Positions 43,524 through 53,853 of a DNA stretch of 64,000 nt are shown piece after piece. This DNA comes from Treponemataceae bacterium (GTDB lineage Bacteria > Spirochaetota > Spirochaetia > Treponematales > Rectinemataceae): the NCBI GenBank assembly GCA_963678065.2, contig CAXXVZ010000005.1, positions 608,001 through 672,000 on the forward strand, written 5' to 3'. The position numbers were made by a program, and so were the translations under genes. The notes under the pieces are model-generated. The model was not told the DNA's origin, ran no database searches, and saw nothing but the letters and a program-made list of their open reading frames with translations. How positions within the stretch are numbered: the stretch's first letter is position 1; each line of letters begins with the position of its first letter.

Positions 43524-45209
43524 TCAGAACGCGGCGGCCTGGCCGTCGCGACGGGGATCGGCGCCGCCCATCAGCATTCCCTTTTCGTAATCGTAGAGAA
43601 TGGCGTGGACTCCGCCGAAGTAGGCATCGTAGTCGAGCTTGAGGGTGATCGTGTGGCCGAGCTTCTTGAGGGCTTCGTAGGAGTTGATGGAGTAGCGGCC
43701 TTCCATGTTGAGGGCGCCGGAGGCCATCTGGAAGAGACGGGGGGCCATGATCGCCTGCTGGATCGGCATGCCGTGATCGATGACGTTGGAGATGACCTGG
43801 GCGACCGTCGGGAAGATGCGGGTAGCTCCCGGGGATCCGATGGTCATGAAGGAACGACCCTGGGGATCGAGGACGAGGGCCGGACTCATGCTGGAGAGCG
43901 GGCGCTTGCCGGGCTCAACGGAGTTGACCGAGCCGGGAGTAGGAACGAAGTCATCCATCTCGTCGTTCATGATGATGCCGGTTCCCGGAACCACGACGCC
44001 GGAACCGAAGAAGTAGTTGATCGTCTTGGTGAGGGCGACCATGTTTCCGGCCTTGTCCATGACGGAGATGTGGGTGGTGGAGCCGGACTCGTACTTGGAG
44101 GGATCGCCGGCGGTGACGGAGGCCTTCGGTTTGTTCGGGTCGATCTTGGCGGCGAGGGTCTTGGCGTAGGCTTTGCTGGTGAGTCCCTCGATGGGAACCT
44201 TCACGAAGTCGGTGTCGCCCATGTACTTGGCGCGATCGGCGAAGGCGAGCTTGAAGGTCTCGGCCCAGAGGTGGGCTGTAGCGGGAGTGCCCTCGCCGGT
44301 CTTGGCGGGGTCGAAGTTCTCCATGATGTTGAGCATCTGGATGAGGTGGGTGCCGCCCGAGCTGGCGGGGGGAACGGACATGACGGTGTAGCCGCGGTAG
44401 GTCCCCACGACTGGTTTGCGGATCTTGATCTGATAGTTCGCGAGGTCGGCCATGGTCATGATGCCACCGCGTTTCCGGACTTCCGCGACGATCTTTTCGG
44501 CGATCGGGCCTTTATAGATGGCGTCGGCGCCCTGTTCCTGGATAGCGCGCAGCGTTCCCGCGTAGTCCGGCAACTTGATCACGTCGCCGATCTCGTAGGG
44601 CAGTCCGCCGTCGAGGTAGATCGTGGCGCCTTCCTCGAAATGAACGAGCTTGTCGAAGTTGTCCTTGATGATGCCAGCGAGATTGACGGTGACGGGGATG
44701 CCCTTCTCCGCCCAGTCGATGGCAGGCTGGATGATCTGGGCGCGGGTAAGCTTGCCGGAGCCGAAGTGGTCGAGAGCGTAGAGGAGGCCCATCGAGTCGC
44801 CGGGAACGCCGACGGCGAGTCCGCCTTCATAGGTCGATTTGGGGATAACCTTGCCGTCGGCGCCGAGGTACATGGTGGGCGTGGAGGCGCCGGGAGCCAT
44901 CTCGCGGAAGTCGATGACGACGGCTTCCTTCATGTCGGCCATCTTGATGATCATGAATCCGCCGCCGCCGACGCCGTTGGCGTTGGGCTCGAGGACTCCC
45001 TGCGCGAATCCGACCGCGACGGCCGCGTCCACCGCATTGCCGCCCGCCTTGAGTATGTCGATGCCGATCTGGGATGTTTCGGGCTTGGCCGCGGCCACGA
45101 CGCCGTTTGCGCCCTGGGCGGATCGGCCGTAAAGATTGAGCGGAACCTGGGCGGTCGCAAGACCGATCGCGGCCACAAACAATACCGCAATGGCAAGAAT
45201 TCGTTTCAT
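43524..45209 (-). CDS. ggt: Gamma-glutamyltransferase, exported
   Basis: ESGSTTHISV (canonical nucleophile context), TINYFFGS, NDEMDDF, PLSSMSP and GSPG motifs. Confidence 0.95.
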   Translation of the reverse strand: MKRILAIAVLFVAAIGLATAQVPLNLYGRSAQGANGVVAAAKPETSQIGIDILKAGGNAVDAAVAVGFAQGVLEPNANGVGGGGFMIIKMADMKEAVVIDFREMAPGASTPTMYLGADGKVIPKSTYEGGLAVGVPGDSMGLLYALDHFGSGKLTRAQIIQPAIDWAEKGIPVTVNLAGIIKDNFDKLVHFEEGATIYLDGGLPYEIGDVIKLPDYAGTLRAIQEQGADAIYKGPIAEKIVAEVRKRGGIMTMADLANYQIKIRKPVVGTYRGYTVMSVPPASSGGTHLIQMLNIMENFDPAKTGEGTPATAHLWAETFKLAFADRAKYMGDTDFVKVPIEGLTSKAYAKTLAAKIDPNKPKASVTAGDPSKYESGSTTHISVMDKAGNMVALTKTINYFFGSGVVVPGTGIIMNDEMDDFVPTPGSVNSVEPGKRPLSSMSPALVLDPQGRSFMTIGSPGATRIFPTVAQVISNVIDHGMPIQQAIMAPRLFQMASGALNMEGRYSINSYEALKKLGHTITLKLDYDAYFGGVHAILYDYEKGMLMGGADPRRDGQAAAF

Positions 45210-45372
45210 GAGCTCCTCCATATAACAAGATTTCCACAGGATGAAACACTCCCCATGAAAAGTCAAGTTTACTATTTATAGTGCAAAGACATGTATAGCC
45301 GCAAAACAAACAGTGGCATACAGGCCTTTTCGGCAGGCTTGCGGGAGAACAGCGGCAGAACGCGGCAATGAC

Positions 45373-47034
<1,662 letters not shown>

Positions 47035-47150
47035 TCAGAAAACCGGGGCGCTGTCCAGGTTCACCTGCGGCATTCAGCCCAACTTTTGCCATTATATAAA
47101 ATTCTGATACTTCTCGCTTGACAGATCGGAGAAGTGGATCATTGATGGTA

Positions 47151-47172
47151 TCATATGGTACCTACCATATGA
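47151..47172. promoter_or_regulatory. Palindromic operator upstream of the AraR-like regulator
   Basis: TCATATGGTA-cc-TACCATATGA, a perfect 10-2-10 inverted repeat downstream of TTGACA at 47118. Confidence 0.75.
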
Positions 47173-47185
47173 AGGAACAATCGAC

Positions 47186-48307
47186 ATGGGAACACTGGAC
47201 ACCATCAAACGGAACATACTGGATTCGATGCAGTCCCAGGTTGAGAATTTCATCCTCGGAAAGATCGAATCGGGGGAATGGCCGGCTGGTTCGAAAATTC
47301 CCTCGGAGCGCGAGCTGTCGACGAGGCTCGACCTGAGCCGCACGACGGTCAGGAACGCCGTCCAGGCCCTCACGAACAGGGGACTCTTCGACAGAAAGAT
47401 CGGCCAGGGCACCTTCGTCATGCGCCAGCCCGACAAATCCGAGGGGCCGAAGGCCTCGAAGGGCATGCTCGGCTATGTGATCTGCAAGGAAAGGTCGGCG
47501 CGCAAGCCTATCTCGTCTGAAGCCTTCTATTTCGACATATTCGCGGGCATCGAGGAAGAGACGGTCCGTTCAGGCCGGCACATGCTCTTCACCTACCTCG
47601 ATGACTCCAACGCCGAAGAAATCGCCGCGTTCCGCGGATTCATGGACAAAGTCGACGGAATCGTCGTGGAGGAGGCGAGGAACACCGGCCTCCTCGACAT
47701 GATCGTCTCAGACGGCACTCCGGCCGTGCTTCTCGCGCCCACGGCCACGCACGACCGCCTCGACTCGGTGACCATGGACCTCGCCTCGGGTGTCCGCAAG
47801 GCGGTCCGCAGTCTCGTCGCCCTGGGCCACAGGAAAATCGGCATCGTGAACGGACCCCTCCACCTTGAATCGGCTCGGATCAGATTCTCCGCCTGGAAGG
47901 AAACGATGGCCGAATCGGGCCTGGCGCCTGAGGCCGGCTGGTCGGAGGGCGGAGAAGGATGGTCGGCCGAGGCCGGATACGCGGCGACGGAGAAGCTGAT
48001 CGCGCAGAGCCCCGAACTCACCGCGATATTCTGCGCGAACGACCTGCTCGCCGTGGGGGCCCTCTCGGCGCTGGCACGGAATGGCCTGCGCGTGCCGGAA
48101 GACATCAGCGTCATCGGCTTCGACGATACCGAACTCGCGCGCCACACGTCGCCACCTCTCACCACCATGAAAATTTACTCCCGCGACATGGCCCGCTCGG
48201 CGGTCCGACGCCTCGTCGAGCGCATTGAAAACGAAAACCTGCCGCCGGTCAGACTGGAGTTTCCCATCGACCTGGTGACGAGAAATTCATGCAAGGAGGT
48301 GAACTAG
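47186..48307 (+). CDS. GntR-HTH plus LacI-type sensor regulator (AraR-like)
   Basis: KIPSERELS...SRTTVRNA...GQGTFV; FCANDLLA, PEDISVIGFDD and PPLTT; divergent from abfA. Confidence 0.9.
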   Translation: MGTLDTIKRNILDSMQSQVENFILGKIESGEWPAGSKIPSERELSTRLDLSRTTVRNAVQALTNRGLFDRKIGQGTFVMRQPDKSEGPKASKGMLGYVICKERSARKPISSEAFYFDIFAGIEEETVRSGRHMLFTYLDDSNAEEIAAFRGFMDKVDGIVVEEARNTGLLDMIVSDGTPAVLLAPTATHDRLDSVTMDLASGVRKAVRSLVALGHRKIGIVNGPLHLESARIRFSAWKETMAESGLAPEAGWSEGGEGWSAEAGYAATEKLIAQSPELTAIFCANDLLAVGALSALARNGLRVPEDISVIGFDDTELARHTSPPLTTMKIYSRDMARSAVRRLVERIENENLPPVRLEFPIDLVTRNSCKEVN

Positions 48308-48469
48308 GATTTTTTCGGCAGAAAAGGCCAACAGCCGCAGTCCCGGAGGGTAAGTGTGACGGCAATCCCCCGATACCGCAAGCCGCCGGGTGCGCCGATT
48401 ATTGCCAGAGAGGCGGTCGCGCGTACAGATATTCAGCGATCCTTCCCGATAAGGGTTGGCATAGCCGGT

Positions 48470-49333
48470 GCCGCGGCCGCGGAGAAAGTCGAAGTCACCT
48501 ACATGTGCTGGTACAACAACACCGAGTCCGAGGCGCAGACCAACCAAGCCCTCATCGACAAGTTCAACGCCTCGCAGGACAGGATCCACGTGACCATGAT
48601 GGCGATTCCGCGCGAAGGCTACGAGATGAAGGTCAACACGATGGCCGCTGCCGGCCAGCTTCCGGACTCGACACAGCTCTCCGAAGCAATGACGATAGAG
48701 TTCGCCGCCAACGACCTCCTCGCCGACGTGAGCACGATGTACCCGCCCACCGCGGCGCCCCTCAAGTCCCTGACTTTCACCTATAAAGGGAAGCCGGTCG
48801 GCTACAGCTCGGGCAACGAGGTCCTCCTCCTCTACTACAACAAGAAACTCTTCGACGCCGCGAAGCTCCCCTATCCTCCCGCCTCGGCCGACAAAGCATG
48901 GACCTGGAAGGAATTCGTCGAGGTCGCGAGGAAGCTCACGAAGGACAAGAACGGCAAGACCCCGAACGACAAGGGCTTTGACGCGAAGAACATCGTCACC
49001 TACGGCGTCGATTTCAACCGGCTCTGGTGGATGTGGCCCATCGTCACCTACTCCAACGGCGGCGGCTACATGAGCCCCGACGGCAAGGAACTCTGGATCA
49101 ACAAGCCCGAATCCACCGAGGCCATGCAGATGCTCGCCGACTCCCTGAAAGACAGCCTCGAGTACGGAATCGGTGTCCTCCCCAAGATGAAGAAGGCCGT
49201 GACCTACAACATCGGAGCGCCCTTCGGAATCTTCAAGAGCACCAAGCACCTCGCGGAGGCGATGGAGTGGATCAAGTGGTGGGCCGACGAGAAGAACCAG
49301 TGGAGCCGGAGCGCGAGTGCGGGTTCCCTCTGA
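48470..49333 (+). pseudogene. Truncated sugar ABC substrate-binding protein
   Basis: LYYNKKLFDAAKLPYPP and WTWKEF motifs, but no signal peptide or start in the SBP-like part, and it ends in foreign sequence after about 49300. Confidence 0.72.
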
Positions 49334-49878
49334 AGCTCAGGATTCCGGACTGGTGCGGGAAACAAAGCTGCGCGGTGAACGGCGAGGCTCCGGAAATCGT
49401 CCGTCTTGCCGCAGGCTATCTGGAAATCGCGAGAATATGGAGACCGGGCGACGTGGTCGAGCTGGACATGGAGATGCCTGTCCGCATCATGTTCCCGGAC
49501 CCGAGAATCCAGGAACTCGCGGGAAAGGCGGCGATCCAGCGCGGCCCCCTGGTCTACTGCGTCGAATCCGTCGACAACGGCGTGGGGCTTCACCGTCTCA
49601 TCCTCGACCCCGAAGTCCCGGCTAAGGCCGAGTTCGAGCCCGAACTCATGGGCGGCAGCGTGCGCATCACCCTGTCCGGCTTCAGAGACGAATCAGAGCT
49701 CCTGTTGCCAAGATCGGAGGGCGAGGGACGCGTGCCATACGGTTCGGGCTGGGGCGCGGCGCGCGGCCTCGTCCGTGCGAGCATCGTCACCGTGCCCTAC
49801 CACCAGTGGGGCAACCGCGAGCCGGGCGGCGAAATGCGTGTCTGGCTGAACTGCGCCCGGGCCATTCCGCGCGGGTGA
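49299..49878 (+). pseudogene. 3' fragment of a GH127 (beta-L-arabinofuranosidase) gene
   Basis: FPLKLRIPDW, GYLEIARIWRPGDVVEL, RGPLVYCVE and VPYHQWGNR..GEMRVW motifs; the catalytic barrel is absent. Confidence 0.78.
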
Positions 49879-49912
49879 GTCGTGCCCTGTGCCGACTCAT
49901 CCCGCACCGGGA

Positions 49913-52000
49913 TTACCCGCGCCGGCTCATCACGCGCGTCGAGTTCAGCACGGCGAGCAGAGCGACTCCCGTGTCGCCGAAAACAGCCTCCCACATCGAG
50001 GCCAGGCCCAGGAAACCGAGCACGATGAAGGCAGCCTTGACCGACAGGGCGAAGACGATGTTCTGGACCAGTATTTTCCGGGTCTTGCGCGCGATGCCGA
50101 TGGCCTCGGCCACTTTGGAGAGGGAGTCGTTCATGATGACGACGTCCGAGGTCTCGATGGCGGCCTGCGAACCGGCGCCGCCCATGGAGATTCCGATATC
50201 AGCCCGGGCGAGGACGGGAGCGTCGTTGATGCCGTCGCCCACGAAGGCGGTCTTGCGGCCGGCCTCCTCTTCCTCCGCTATCGTCTCAAAGAGGGAGACC
50301 TTGTCGTCGGGTAGAAGCCCTGAGTGGTATTCCGCGATCCCGACCCGGGCGGCGATATCGGCGGCCGAGCTTTCGTTGTCGCCCGTGAGCATGACTATGC
50401 GTCCGACGCCGGCGGCCTTCATCCCCGCGATCGCATCGGCGGAATCTTCCTTTATCATGTCCATGATCACGAGATAGCCTGAGTACAGTCCGTCCACGGC
50501 GACGTGGACGACGCTTCCGGGAATGTCGCAGCGATCGTGCGCGATGCCGTATTCGTGCAGCATGCGGTCGTTCCCGGCCAGCACGATTTTTTCGCCCACG
50601 CGGGCCCGCACGCCGAGACCGCCGAGCTCCTCGTACTCCGCGGCCTCGGGCAAAAGGCGGCAATCCTCGTCGGAATAGCAGCTCTGCCGTATGGAGAGGG
50701 CGATGGGATGGTTCGAGTGGGCCTCGGCCTGCGCCGCCATCTCGAGGAGATCTTCCTTGGAGAAACCGTTGGAAGTCACTATCTCGGCGACGCGGAATTT
50801 ACCCGAGGTTATTGTCCCTGTCTTGTCCATGACGACCGTGCCCACGCGGCCGAGAGCGTCGAGATAGTCCGAGCCTTTGATCAGGATGCCGCGGTGCGAG
50901 GCCGCGCCGATTCCTCCGAAATACGCGAGCGGAATGCTCACGACCAGAGCGCAGGGGCAGGAGATGACGAGCATGATGAGGGCACGGTAGACCCAGTCGG
51001 CGAGGCTCTGTCCCGGGATGAGAAGCGGGGGCAGGATGGCGGTCGCGAGGGCGATGCCGACCACGGCGGGGGTGTAGTACCGGGCGAAGGTCGAGAAGAA
51101 GCGCTCGGTCCTGGCCTTGCGGTTGGTCGCGTTCTCGACGAGGTCGAGGATTCTGGCCACCGAAGACTCGCCGTAGCTGCGGGTGGTCCTGATGACAAGG
51201 AGCCCCGAGATGCTGATCATGCCCGCCAGCACGGCATCGCCGCCTGTCTCGGCGCATCCTGAGCATTCGGAGCGGTCCGTGTCGCCCTGGGCGCCGGAAG
51301 GGATGGCGGGGAGATCGGCAATCATGGATGTCCCCGCGGTTCCGTCGTCTACAGCGCGCGGCATCGATTCGCCGGTCAGCGCCGATGTGTCGACGAGAGA
51401 ATTCCCCGCGACGATCACTCCGTCCAGCGGGATTTTTTCGCCGGGCCGCACGACGATCGTCGAGCCGACGGCGACTTCCTCGGGCGCAACCCTGATGAGG
51501 CCCGAGCCCGTGTCGAGCGTCGCGAATTCTGGTCTGATGTCGAGCAGCGCCTTGACTCTCGCCCGCGAACTGTTCACCGCTCTGTCCTGGAAATACTCGC
51601 CTATCCTGAAAAAGATCATGACCCCGGCGGCTTCCGGCAGGGCATGGACGGCGATAGCCCCGACCGTCGCGATGGCCATCAGGAAATTCTCGTCGAAAAC
51701 CCTGCCCCGGACGATATTGCGGAGCGCGGAAGCCAGCACGTTCCGTCCCGCGAAGAACCAGAGCGAGAGGAAGAGCGCGTATTCGGCGAGATGCCAGGGA
51801 GTCCTTTCGAGCGCGGGCTGGAAAATGATCCCAAGGAGCAGGAGGACGAAGCCCGCGCCCATGACGAGGACTTCGCGGCTGAAAATTCCGGGCCCGGCAG
51901 AGGCTCCGGCCGATTCCGCATGAGCGGTCGGTTCAGCATGCGTGGCCTTGTCCGCGCAGGAATCGCAGCAGTGATCGACGGGGTCGTATTTGCGAGTCAT
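49913..52000 (-). CDS. cadA: Cd/Zn/Pb-translocating P1B-type ATPase
   Basis: FDENFLM, TGES, ISCPCALV, DKTGT, SNHP and GDGINDAP motifs; start MTRKYD at 52000 with GGAGG RBS. Confidence 0.93.
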   Translation of the reverse strand: MTRKYDPVDHCCDSCADKATHAEPTAHAESAGASAGPGIFSREVLVMGAGFVLLLLGIIFQPALERTPWHLAEYALFLSLWFFAGRNVLASALRNIVRGRVFDENFLMAIATVGAIAVHALPEAAGVMIFFRIGEYFQDRAVNSSRARVKALLDIRPEFATLDTGSGLIRVAPEEVAVGSTIVVRPGEKIPLDGVIVAGNSLVDTSALTGESMPRAVDDGTAGTSMIADLPAIPSGAQGDTDRSECSGCAETGGDAVLAGMISISGLLVIRTTRSYGESSVARILDLVENATNRKARTERFFSTFARYYTPAVVGIALATAILPPLLIPGQSLADWVYRALIMLVISCPCALVVSIPLAYFGGIGAASHRGILIKGSDYLDALGRVGTVVMDKTGTITSGKFRVAEIVTSNGFSKEDLLEMAAQAEAHSNHPIALSIRQSCYSDEDCRLLPEAAEYEELGGLGVRARVGEKIVLAGNDRMLHEYGIAHDRCDIPGSVVHVAVDGLYSGYLVIMDMIKEDSADAIAGMKAAGVGRIVMLTGDNESSAADIAARVGIAEYHSGLLPDDKVSLFETIAEEEEAGRKTAFVGDGINDAPVLARADIGISMGGAGSQAAIETSDVVIMNDSLSKVAEAIGIARKTRKILVQNIVFALSVKAAFIVLGFLGLASMWEAVFGDTGVALLAVLNSTRVMSRRG

Positions 52001-52383
52001 TTGCCGGCCTCCATCTCCCTGAGATGACCGAGGCCCGATTCGTAGATGGCTGCGACGTGATCGTCGTCGAGACGGTAATAGACCACCTTGCCCTCTTTTC
52101 GGTAACGGACCATCCGGGCCTGTTTGAGTATCCGGAGCTGATGGGAAACCGCGGACTGGCTCATGTCGAGGACCGCGCAGATATCGCAGACGCACATCTC
52201 ATCTCCGGCCAGCGTGTTGATGATCCGGATGCGCGTCGGATCCCCGAGAACCTTGAAGAAATCGGCGACATCCCGCAGGAGTCTTTCGTCCGGAAGCCGC
52301 GCGCGGGCCGCTTCCACCTTTTGGGGATGGATGACGAGAACCTGGCAGTCGCCCGAACAGAGCTCGATATCGTTTGTGCCCAT
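51997..52383 (-). CDS. cadC: ArsR/SmtB-family metal-sensing repressor (CadC-like)
   Basis: FKVLGDPTRIRI, EMCVCDI, SQSAVSHQL and DDDHV motifs; N-terminal Cys pair. Confidence 0.88.
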   Translation of the reverse strand: MGTNDIELCSGDCQVLVIHPQKVEAARARLPDERLLRDVADFFKVLGDPTRIRIINTLAGDEMCVCDICAVLDMSQSAVSHQLRILKQARMVRYRKEGKVVYYRLDDDHVAAIYESGLGHLREMEAGK

Positions 52384-52407
52384 AGAACATCCTTCAATCA
52401 AAGTATC

Positions 52408-52427
52408 ATATGAACATGTATTCATAT
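52408..52427. promoter_or_regulatory. SmtB/CadC-type operator
   Basis: ATATGAA-catgta-TTCATAT inverted repeat directly upstream of cadC. Confidence 0.82.
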
Positions 52428-52472
52428 ATACCATAATCCGGCCTTGATCAAGTGCCACCTGGCCCACCGCCG

Positions 52473-52515
52473 CGAAAATCTTAACGCCTTTTTAATACCC
52501 TGCCCGAAAATCTTA
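52473..52515 (+). promoter_or_regulatory. Direct repeats upstream of the trk operon, a candidate KdpE (OmpR-family) site
   Basis: CGAAAATCTTA at 52473 and 52505; TTAA at 52481 and 52492 (11-bp period). Confidence 0.5.
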
Positions 52516-52652
52516 GCGGCTTCCGAATTGGCCACGGTGGCCTCTCCGTGGGATCTTCTGTCTGTAGTCCGAATGCTGCCTGACAGGGGCGAACAGCTCT
52601 GTCGGCGAAGCTCTCCGCCGCGTATCCGACGGAAATGGAAACAGGAGTCAAA

Positions 52653-53057
52653 ATGTTCATGATGGTTGCGGGTTGCGGGAAACTCGGCGCGGGCCTCGCG
52701 CGTGTCCTTTCCGCCCAGGGCCACGATGTCGTCGTTGTCGCCGAAGAAATCGATCCCAAACGGCTCGGAGGAGAGTTCGACGGAGTGACCGTCGCCGGAA
52801 GCCCGATAGATGAAGACGTTCTCGAGTCGGCCGGGGTGAAAAAAGCCGACATGTTCGTCGCGGCCACCGCAGATGACGCCGTGAACGCGATGGCGGTCCA
52901 GATGGCCAGGGAACTATTCCACGTTCCCGTGACCCTCGCGCGCATCACCGATCCGGGTATGGAAGCATTTTACAGAGAGCTCGGGCTCGACACGGTGTGC
53001 CCGACCTCGACTTCCATAGCCCAGATCCTCGCGCTGATCGAGAGGAGGTCGGCATGA
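52653..53057 (+). CDS. trkA: Short TrkA-family protein (RCK-N domain only)
   Basis: AGGAG RBS; GCGKLG, ADMFVAAT.DD..N, ARITDP and VCPT motifs. Confidence 0.85.
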   Translation: MFMMVAGCGKLGAGLARVLSAQGHDVVVVAEEIDPKRLGGEFDGVTVAGSPIDEDVLESAGVKKADMFVAATADDAVNAMAVQMARELFHVPVTLARITDPGMEAFYRELGLDTVCPTSTSIAQILALIERRSA

Positions 53058-53722
53058 CCTACGTACTCATCATCGGCGGGGGGAAAATCGGCTATTACCT
53101 GGCCAGGACCCTGCAGAAATCGGGCTACCTCATAGGCATCGTGGAGGCCGACGCGGGCCGGAGCGCGCGGATCGCCGAGGACCTGGGCATCACCGTGATC
53201 AACGGCGACGGCACGGATATCGACATTCTCCACGACGCGAACGCCGAAGCGGCGAAGTACTTCGTCGCAGCGACAGGCAGGGACGAAGTGAACCTCGCCC
53301 TCTGCCAGATGGCCAAGCGGCATTTCAAAGTGCCGGTCACCGTGGCCCGGGTCATCAACCCGAAGAACGAGGGAATATTCAAGACGCTCGGCATCGACGC
53401 GACGATCAGCACGACGGCGATGGCCGCCCAGATGATCGAGAACGTCCTTCCGGCCAACGGGATGCGACTTTTCACCCTGTTCAGCGGGGGGGACGTGGAG
53501 CTCGCCGAAGTCGAGCTCCACAAAGGCGGGCCCGTGACCGGCCTGGCCGTGTCGGAACTCAGGCTTCCGGAGGAGTGCCTCCTCATTTCCATCATGCGGG
53601 AGGGAAAGATCTCCTTTCCCCGGGGCAAAACGGTCCTGCGCGAAGGAGACCGCGTCTTCGCGCTCGCACGGCGCGGTTCCGTCGATGCGCTCAAACACGT
53701 CCTCATCGGGGGCAGATCATGA
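53054..53722 (+). CDS. trkA: TrkA-family protein (RCK-N plus RCK-C)
   Basis: GGAGG RBS; IIGGGKIG, GDGT, TGRDEVN and PRGKTVLREGDRV motifs. Confidence 0.9.
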   Translation: MTYVLIIGGGKIGYYLARTLQKSGYLIGIVEADAGRSARIAEDLGITVINGDGTDIDILHDANAEAAKYFVAATGRDEVNLALCQMAKRHFKVPVTVARVINPKNEGIFKTLGIDATISTTAMAAQMIENVLPANGMRLFTLFSGGDVELAEVELHKGGPVTGLAVSELRLPEECLLISIMREGKISFPRGKTVLREGDRVFALARRGSVDALKHVLIGGRS

Positions 53723-53850
53723 GTCCCATTCTGCCCGACCGCACAGGCGTGGGATTGAAAACGCTCAGGGGCATCCTCGCGGAGGCGGGATTCGTGATGG
53801 CGATCATCGGGTTCAGCTATCTCATCTGTATCGCCGTCGTCGCGGTGTAA
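53719..53850 (+). CDS. 43-aa single-TM small protein inside the trk operon
   Basis: MSPILPDRTGVGLKTLRGILAEAGFVMAIIGFSYLICIAVVAV; ATGA overlap with the trkA stop; ends 3 nt before trkH. Confidence 0.65.
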   Translation: MSPILPDRTGVGLKTLRGILAEAGFVMAIIGFSYLICIAVVAV

Positions 53851-53853
53851 ATC

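Noticed and set aside
48310..48470. Possible structured ncRNA or a genuine N-terminus upstream of the SBP remnant
   Set aside because: It matches no riboswitch I recognise, and the translated extension does not look like a signal peptide.
52516..52650. Possible c-di-AMP (ydaO) riboswitch in the trk leader
   Set aside because: I could not find the conserved ydaO sequence blocks by eye. An Infernal/Rfam scan would be needed to exclude it fully.
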